A stretch of 51,902 nucleotides of DNA from Treponema sp. (GTDB lineage Bacteria; Spirochaetota; Spirochaetia; Treponematales; Breznakiellaceae). The stretch covers positions 1-51,902 of the forward strand of contig JAITUY010000203.1 of the NCBI GenBank assembly GCA_031286095.1, given 5' to 3'. Below the pieces are notes generated by a model that was not told the DNA's origin, searched no databases, and was given only the letters and a program-made list of their open reading frames with translations. A program made the translations under genes and the position numbers. Positions 46,338 to 51,902 of this stretch are shown here, piece by piece. The first letter of the stretch is position 1, and every line of letters begins with the position of its first letter.

Positions 46338-48047
46338 TTATTCCTTAATCTTACCTAATTCGCGCTGGACTTCTTCGGCGGTTGCGCACTCCAGAACCTT
46401 ATCCGCTATTTCACTCGCCCTCTTTACGGTAATGGAACAAAGCGCGCGCTTAACGGACGCGACAGAGCCGGCTCCCATGCTGAGTTTCCGCATGCCAAGC
46501 CCGGCAAGAACGGAAGCGGAAAGCGGATCGCCCGCAAGTTCCCCGCAGATAGAGACGGACTTTCCGTGTTTTGTAAAAGCGCCTGTTACCTCTTTTATCA
46601 GTTTGAACATCGCGGGATGATAACTTTGATAATAAGGCTCCACCTCGCTGTTCATTCTATCCGCCGCGCACATGTACTGGCACAGATCATTCGAGCCGAT
46701 ACTTGCAAAATCAACTTCCTGCGCGGCATAATCCGCCAAAAGCGCAATGGAAGGTATTTCTATCATGATACCTGTTTTAAACTGCCCGGCAGGTTTTCCT
46801 TCTTTTTCAAGTTCTTCCTTAACGGACACGACAGTCTCTTTCGCTCTGCGTATGTCGTCGATGGAATTCACCATCGGGAACATAAGCCACATATTTCCGT
46901 AAACACTGGCGCGCAAAACCGCCCTAATCTGCGTTCTAAAAATATCAGGGTTACTAAAACAAAAACGCAGGGCGCGGTTTCCCAAAAAAGGATTTTCCTC
47001 CCGCGCAAAATTCAAATTTGAAAGTTGTTTGTCCCCGCCTATGTCAAGAGTACGCAGAATAACAGGGCGTTCCCCAAAACATTCCAGAACTTTCTTGTAA
47101 GCGTGAAACTGCTCTTCTTCATCAGGCAAGGCGTCCCTGCCAAGATAAAGAAACTCGGTTCTGAAAAGCCCTACAGCGTCCACATATGATGAAGGCGCAA
47201 GTTCACCGGCGGAAACGCCGGAAACATTAAGACCTATGTCGATTTTTTCCCCGTCCAGCGTACGCGCCGGTTTTAAAAGATATTTTTCGGCATCCTCTTT
47301 ATCTTTGCGGAAAGCATCGTACTTTTGTTCATATTCGGCGGCAATTTCATCTTCAGGATCAAGAATCACTTTGCCTTCATCGGCGTTTATAACCGCAAGC
47401 TGTCCGTGCTTTACCGCTTCCAAAAGCCCGTGAATGCCAAACACCGTTGGAATCCCGTAACTTTTCGCAATAATTGCGGTGTGGGAAGTTAGCCCGCCTT
47501 TTTCCGTAATCAGCGCCAGCGCCTTGTTCCTGTCCAAAGAAGCCGTATCGGAAGGCATTAAATCCTGCGCGGCAATGATAACAGGCTCTGACAGTGAAGA
47601 AAGCCCTTCGTCCTTATTGCCGTACCACAGCCGCAATAACAAAGTACGCACATCATCAAAGTCCGCGGCGCGTTCGGCAATCAGCGGATCGGCGGCCTTT
47701 TGCAGTACCAAAAGAACAGTTTCATAAACCTGATAAATCGCCCAATCGCCGGACCATCTTTCGTTTAATATTCTGGACGGAATTTCTTCGTTAATGACAA
47801 CATCTTCGATTATTTCCTGATGAGCGATAAAAATTTCCGCTTTTTGAGGATCGTGTTCTTGCATTAAGATTTTTAGTTCTTCAAGCTCGTCAAACGCTGA
47901 TTTTTTTACCGCAAGATAACGGTCAAGGTGGGATTGCTCTTTTCCTTTGGGGACATAACTCTCCTTAGGAATAAAACCAGCTTTTTTATAAACATGAACC
48001 CTGCCCACCGCTATTCCGGGGGCGGCCATTTTTCCGCTTAAAACCAT
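46338..48047 (-). CDS. ptsI: PEP-protein phosphotransferase (PTS enzyme I)
   Basis: GGLTSHTAII phospho-His, GLFRTEFL, RTLDIGGDK, ENPFLGNRA, SIGSNDL and ICGE. Confidence 0.96.
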   Translation of the reverse strand: MVLSGKMAAPGIAVGRVHVYKKAGFIPKESYVPKGKEQSHLDRYLAVKKSAFDELEELKILMQEHDPQKAEIFIAHQEIIEDVVINEEIPSRILNERWSGDWAIYQVYETVLLVLQKAADPLIAERAADFDDVRTLLLRLWYGNKDEGLSSLSEPVIIAAQDLMPSDTASLDRNKALALITEKGGLTSHTAIIAKSYGIPTVFGIHGLLEAVKHGQLAVINADEGKVILDPEDEIAAEYEQKYDAFRKDKEDAEKYLLKPARTLDGEKIDIGLNVSGVSAGELAPSSYVDAVGLFRTEFLYLGRDALPDEEEQFHAYKKVLECFGERPVILRTLDIGGDKQLSNLNFAREENPFLGNRALRFCFSNPDIFRTQIRAVLRASVYGNMWLMFPMVNSIDDIRRAKETVVSVKEELEKEGKPAGQFKTGIMIEIPSIALLADYAAQEVDFASIGSNDLCQYMCAADRMNSEVEPYYQSYHPAMFKLIKEVTGAFTKHGKSVSICGELAGDPLSASVLAGLGMRKLSMGAGSVASVKRALCSITVKRASEIADKVLECATAEEVQRELGKIKE

Positions 48048-48053
48048 AAGGAT

Positions 48054-48082
48054 AAAAAAACGGCTGTCCTGCGCGGACAGCC
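48054..48082 (-). terminator. Rho-independent terminator after the flaA pair
   Basis: Minus strand GGCTGTCC-gcgca-GGACAGCC followed by GTTTTTTT, 12 nt after the flaA stop. Confidence 0.8.
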
Positions 48083-48094
48083 ATTGTCTATCGC

Positions 48095-48820
48095 TTACCA
48101 GCCGTCGACCATGTCGTCTTCGTCGCGGTTACTTTCGGCAAAGAGGTCTGTTACTGCGCGGAGATCGTCAAAGTAAATATAATAACTGCCATAGGCCTCC
48201 ATTGGATCGCAGTCAATTCTGAAACCCATAATCTTAAGACCCATTTGATTATTATAATGATAATTTCTCTGAACAACGCCGCTAAAACCATCGTCGGACT
48301 GCGGCGGAATCGCAACAGTTAATTTCTTCCAGCCAATAAAGTTGAGTTTTCCAACAAAGAACTCATAATGGTGACCAAAGAAATCCTGTAACAGAAGAAC
48401 AAGCTCGTGGTTAAAGTTACGGCCGGCAACCCATACCGAAACGGTTTTTGTTATTCCCTCGATTGGAATGGGACGGGTCGGATAAATTGTAAAACTGCTA
48501 TAGCCTCTGCGGAGGAAATCTATCCTTGTTCCAAGAACATACTTGTCCGGAATATCCAAGCCCTCTTCCTCAGGAATCGGCTCTTTGGCAGAAGGAGCGC
48601 CTGAAAAAAGCCTTGTTGTCGTATAACCTTCGTCGCCCGACATTGTAGAACGCCAAAAGCCGTCATGCTCGAATTTGTCAACAGATACCTCTTTTAACAT
48701 CTGCTGAGCGGTGTCAATTCCAAGCCTTTCCGGATCGGGGGAACCAACTTCCTTTTGCTGTTGGGCATAAAGGAAGCCAGCAATTAAAAGGAAAAATGCT
48801 ATAATTAAAAACTTCTTCAT
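48095..48820 (-). CDS. flaA: Flagellar filament outer layer (sheath) protein, FlaA family
   Basis: Signal peptide; PIPIEGITKTVSVWVAGRN, GKLNFIGWKKL and YIYFDDL are spirochaetal FlaA motifs. Confidence 0.9.
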   Translation of the reverse strand: MKKFLIIAFFLLIAGFLYAQQQKEVGSPDPERLGIDTAQQMLKEVSVDKFEHDGFWRSTMSGDEGYTTTRLFSGAPSAKEPIPEEEGLDIPDKYVLGTRIDFLRRGYSSFTIYPTRPIPIEGITKTVSVWVAGRNFNHELVLLLQDFFGHHYEFFVGKLNFIGWKKLTVAIPPQSDDGFSGVVQRNYHYNNQMGLKIMGFRIDCDPMEAYGSYYIYFDDLRAVTDLFAESNRDEDDMVDGW

Positions 48821-48831
48821 CTTATATCTCC

Positions 48832-49605
48832 TTACTTGTCTTTGCCGCTGTCATTGTTTGCCCAAAGTTTTTGCACTTGATCCGGATCAGCCAAATCATT
48901 TCCGTCGAACAGAGGATCAAACATATCTGTTAATATTTTAAACTGTTTGAAATAAATATAGAAATCATCGACTCTTTCTACAGGCTGTGTCCATATTCTG
49001 AATTTTACAAAACGAAGACCCGCGTAAGCCGGTATAGTACGCCTTGACTGGATAATGTGTCTTGGAAGGTTAACTTGAAGATTTCTCCAGCCAATGTATG
49101 AAATATCTCCGAGTTTGATGCCATGCACAACTCCTCTGTAATCGCGCACATAAATTTCGATGTAATACCTTAAGTTTGCTCCCCATACCCACATATCAAA
49201 ATTACGCACTCTTCCGGGAATTGGAATTTCAAATGGCTCTTCTTTATCATCGTCCGCTAACACAGGATAAATATCTATCCAGTTATATCCCGTACGGTTA
49301 AATTTTCCGTGAATACCAAAGCTCTTCAAAGGCGGCGCGTCCCCTGATCTGTTGTAACCGAAAACTGCAACCGGCCACGCGTCAACATAAGTTAGAAGCG
49401 GGTAAGTCGTATCGTCAGTCTTGGTGATAAATTTGCTGGCGTCGGCTTTCCAAACATATTTGGAATCGCTGTCGCCGTTAAAAGATTCCAAAATCCTTGA
49501 TTCAAAACTGTTTGTGATTTCGTCGGCGCTTAACCCAGGACAAACCACTATACATGCCCAGATAATCAGGCAGATAAATTTAAAACTACCTTTTTTCATC
49601 CTCAT
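48832..49605 (-). CDS. flaA: Flagellar filament outer layer (sheath) protein, FlaA family
   Basis: Signal peptide; IPIPGRVRNFDMWVWGAN, RDYRG, LGDISYIGWRNL and FYIYF. Confidence 0.9.
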   Translation of the reverse strand: MRMKKGSFKFICLIIWACIVVCPGLSADEITNSFESRILESFNGDSDSKYVWKADASKFITKTDDTTYPLLTYVDAWPVAVFGYNRSGDAPPLKSFGIHGKFNRTGYNWIDIYPVLADDDKEEPFEIPIPGRVRNFDMWVWGANLRYYIEIYVRDYRGVVHGIKLGDISYIGWRNLQVNLPRHIIQSRRTIPAYAGLRFVKFRIWTQPVERVDDFYIYFKQFKILTDMFDPLFDGNDLADPDQVQKLWANNDSGKDK

Positions 49606-49633
49606 TTGCTCCTTATTTTAGATACTTGTATTA

Positions 49634-49662
49634 ATTATATGGGTTTGTTTAATTTTTGTCAA
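49634..49662 (-). promoter_or_regulatory. Consensus sigma-70 promoter of the flaA pair
   Basis: Minus strand TTGACA (49657-49662), 17-nt spacer, TATAAT (49634-49639), then AAGGAG before the ATG. Confidence 0.85.
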
Positions 49663-49691
49663 ACCGTCAAGCGCATTTTTATTGATATTTC

Positions 49692-50588
49692 TCAAATTTT
49701 TCTTAATTTGTGTACAATACCCCTTTTTATCCCTTTTCCGCCCATAATCATGATTTTTGACGGAATTTGACCTTTTATCATGCCGGACTTGACCATTCTG
49801 ACTACGGGAACCGTTTGAACCCATGGGGAATCGTTAAAAACAATGATTATGTCCTTCGGTATCAGTTCCGGGTTGATCCATGTAAAGAAAATAACCGGAA
49901 TATCAGCGTATTTATCCAGATAATCGGCTCCAATTCCAGCCAAAACTACGCAGGAAAAGCCCTGATTACTGGTAAATTGGGAATACGAGGTAAAAAAAGA
50001 GGTCTGCAGGGGCTTTCCCGCGTCATTCAGCGCCTTTGAAACTGCCTCTTTTGCCTGCGTTTGGACTCCGGATTCTAATAATACCGCTATTCTTTCATTT
50101 TTTCCATCGTCAAGTATAGCAGAGGCCAGACCTGCACGGTAAAAATCGGATGAGATGTCCGTTTTATAGATAAAATAATCTTCAGTATTATCTCCTATCG
50201 CAAAAGCGGACGGATTTTCCTCTCCGGCATATCTGCCTTCCATTAATACAACCGGAATGCCGGATTTTTTTTCCCTGTAACTGCGCGCTACCTGAACATA
50301 CCTAACCGGGAATATTACGCAAAATGGTTTTGATGAAGCGCCCTCAATTGCAGTCAGAACAATATCATTTCCGGCGTCGTCGGCTATCGCGACAGACTTT
50401 ACCCTGCGGAACAAAACAAGGGACGAATGAGCCGTTTCCAGCCGCAGACGTTTTGCGCCGTAAAGTTCCGCAAAGGAGACTTCGGTAACAAGCAGAACTG
50501 GCGGGCGGGCGAGAAAGGCTATCAATATTACAAGAGCAAAAGATACCAAAGACGCGGCAATAATTACTGTTTTACAGCGAAGTTTCAT
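49692..50588 (-). CDS. Hypothetical membrane-anchored protein
   Basis: 298-aa ORF with an N-terminal hydrophobic anchor; no family recognised. Confidence 0.7.
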   Translation of the reverse strand: MKLRCKTVIIAASLVSFALVILIAFLARPPVLLVTEVSFAELYGAKRLRLETAHSSLVLFRRVKSVAIADDAGNDIVLTAIEGASSKPFCVIFPVRYVQVARSYREKKSGIPVVLMEGRYAGEENPSAFAIGDNTEDYFIYKTDISSDFYRAGLASAILDDGKNERIAVLLESGVQTQAKEAVSKALNDAGKPLQTSFFTSYSQFTSNQGFSCVVLAGIGADYLDKYADIPVIFFTWINPELIPKDIIIVFNDSPWVQTVPVVRMVKSGMIKGQIPSKIMIMGGKGIKRGIVHKLRKI

Positions 50589-50710
50589 ATTATATGGATT
50601 TATTATACTATAGGGAAAGAGTTTTTACCACGAACTTTTTTCTAATATCGTGCCGTTGTTCGTATTGGTTAGCGAGGTTGCGGTAAAAATATCCATCTCA
50701 TTCAAGACGC

Positions 50711-50739
50711 TTGACCAATATTGATTGAAAGAATATATT
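50711..50739 (+). promoter_or_regulatory. Putative sigma-70 promoter of fba
   Basis: TTGACC-N17-TATATT upstream of the AAGGAG ribosome-binding site. Confidence 0.62.
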
Positions 50740-50767
50740 ATAAAAAATACTTTTAAAAGGAGAAAAT

Positions 50768-51766
50768 ATGACAAGTTACAAAGATTTAGGCCTTGTAAAC
50801 ACAAAGGACCTTTTTAAGAAAGCGGTATCGGGAGGGTATGCCCTTCCTGCTTATAACTTTAACAATATGGAACAGATGCAGGCGATCATTCAGGCGTGCG
50901 TGGAAACCAAGTCTCCTGTTATCCTGCAAGTTTCCGCGGGAGCGCGAAAATACGCCAACCAGAACATTCTGAAAAACATGGCGCGCGGCGCGGTCGAATA
51001 CGCCCACGAGCTTGGATATGACATTCCCATCGTTCTTCACCTTGATCACGGAGACAGTTTTGAAATTTGCAAGGACTGTATCGAAACGGGTTTTTCATCA
51101 GTAATGATAGACGGGTCGCATTTTTCCTACGACGAAAATGTCGCCCTTACAAAAAAAGTCTGCGATTTCGCGCACAGCCAGAAAGATTACGTTACCGTCG
51201 AAGGGGAGCTTGGCGTTCTGGCGGGAGTGGAAGATGATGTTTCTTCCGAACACAGCCATTACACACAGCCTTCCGAAGTTATTGATTTTGTGAATAAGAC
51301 AAAAGTTGACTCGCTCGCCATTTCTATCGGCACAAGCCACGGGCGCGCGAAGTTTAAACCTGAACAATGCACAAGGGACGCTAACGGAATACTTATTCCG
51401 CCCCCTCTGCGCTTCGATATTCTTGAAGAAATAGAAAAGCAGATACCGGGCTTCCCGATTGTTCTGCACGGTTCTTCTTCCGTACCTGTCGAATATGTGC
51501 AGATGATCGAAAAATACGGCGGCAAACTGACGGACTCCGTAGGTATTCCCGAAGAACAACTGCGCAAGGCGGCAAAAAGCGCCGTATGCAAAATCAACAT
51601 TGACTCAGACGGGCGGCTTGCTATGACGGCTATAATCCGCAAAGTGCTGGTTGAACACCCGGAAGAGTTTGATCCGCGCAAATTAATCGGCCCGGCGAGA
51701 GACGAGCTGAAAAAATTGTACGCGCACAAGAACAAGAACGTGTTAGGATCGGCGGGACAAGCGTAA
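50768..51766 (+). CDS. fba: Fructose-1,6-bisphosphate aldolase, class II
   Basis: LHLDHG, GFSSVMIDGS, VEGELG, LAISIGTSHG, IVLHGSS and KINIDSD. Confidence 0.96.
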   Translation: MTSYKDLGLVNTKDLFKKAVSGGYALPAYNFNNMEQMQAIIQACVETKSPVILQVSAGARKYANQNILKNMARGAVEYAHELGYDIPIVLHLDHGDSFEICKDCIETGFSSVMIDGSHFSYDENVALTKKVCDFAHSQKDYVTVEGELGVLAGVEDDVSSEHSHYTQPSEVIDFVNKTKVDSLAISIGTSHGRAKFKPEQCTRDANGILIPPPLRFDILEEIEKQIPGFPIVLHGSSSVPVEYVQMIEKYGGKLTDSVGIPEEQLRKAAKSAVCKINIDSDGRLAMTAIIRKVLVEHPEEFDPRKLIGPARDELKKLYAHKNKNVLGSAGQA

Positions 51767-51789
51767 CACCGCTACGCCGGTTTATATAT

Positions 51790-51902
51790 TGGACTTGTTC
51801 GACAACTGCGAACCTTCGGTTCGAGTTGGTTGTCTCATGTCAGCTACGCTGACCAGTCTTGCGGTTTTTCAGGCTATAAGCCTGCGAACGCGGACTTTAG
51901 TC
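51790..51902. repeat. Dispersed multi-hairpin intergenic element, copy C (3'-truncated by window edge)
   Basis: Matches copy B from 10919 onward, with an extra 15-nt hairpin GTCAGC-tac-GCTGAC at 51839-51853. Confidence 0.93.

Noticed and set aside
46459-46468. One-mismatch copy of the 10-mer (GCGACAGAGC) in ptsI
   Set aside because: A few single-mismatch hits are expected by chance in 52 kb; it is isolated and far from the transposase.
1-51902. Identical 48 bp at both window ends (4-51 and 51855-51902), suggesting a circular element
   Set aside because: The shared sequence is the dispersed repeat that also occurs internally at 10919-11086, the two terminal copies differ just upstream of the overlap, and the content is core chromosomal genes.

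Overview
Chromosomal segment of a spirochaete, most likely a Treponema-like lineage (inferred from FlaA sheath genes, the mraZ-ftsZ-xer-dprA-topA-hslVU-flgB-fliJ gene order and spirochaetal lipoproteins). Most of it is housekeeping: galK, pgsA, murJ, der, thyA, folA, the cell-division and flagellar basal-body/export superoperon, a multi-component phosphorelay cluster, glgC, a VanY-like peptidase, ptsI, two flaA-family genes and fba. The standout observation is a stand-alone HUH/Y1 (RAYT-like) transposase gene at 7715-8224 sitting inside a ~4.9 kb zone with 13 exact copies of the 10-mer GCTCTGTCCC/GGGACAGAGC. I saw no exact copy elsewhere in the window by eye. Ten copies lie inside intact housekeeping genes (murJ, der, thyA, folA), including a 19-20 bp tandem array that adds about 50 aa to dihydrofolate reductase and a duplicated MurJ N-terminus. 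Also present: a dispersed ~167 bp multi-hairpin element (three copies, two cut by the window ends), a probable miniature IS200/IS605-type element, a strongly folded fliG-fliH spacer, a 46-codon probable murF remnant and an AT-rich repeat-containing surface protein gene. No CRISPR array, rRNA or tRNA was recognised. All counts and alignments were made by eye.
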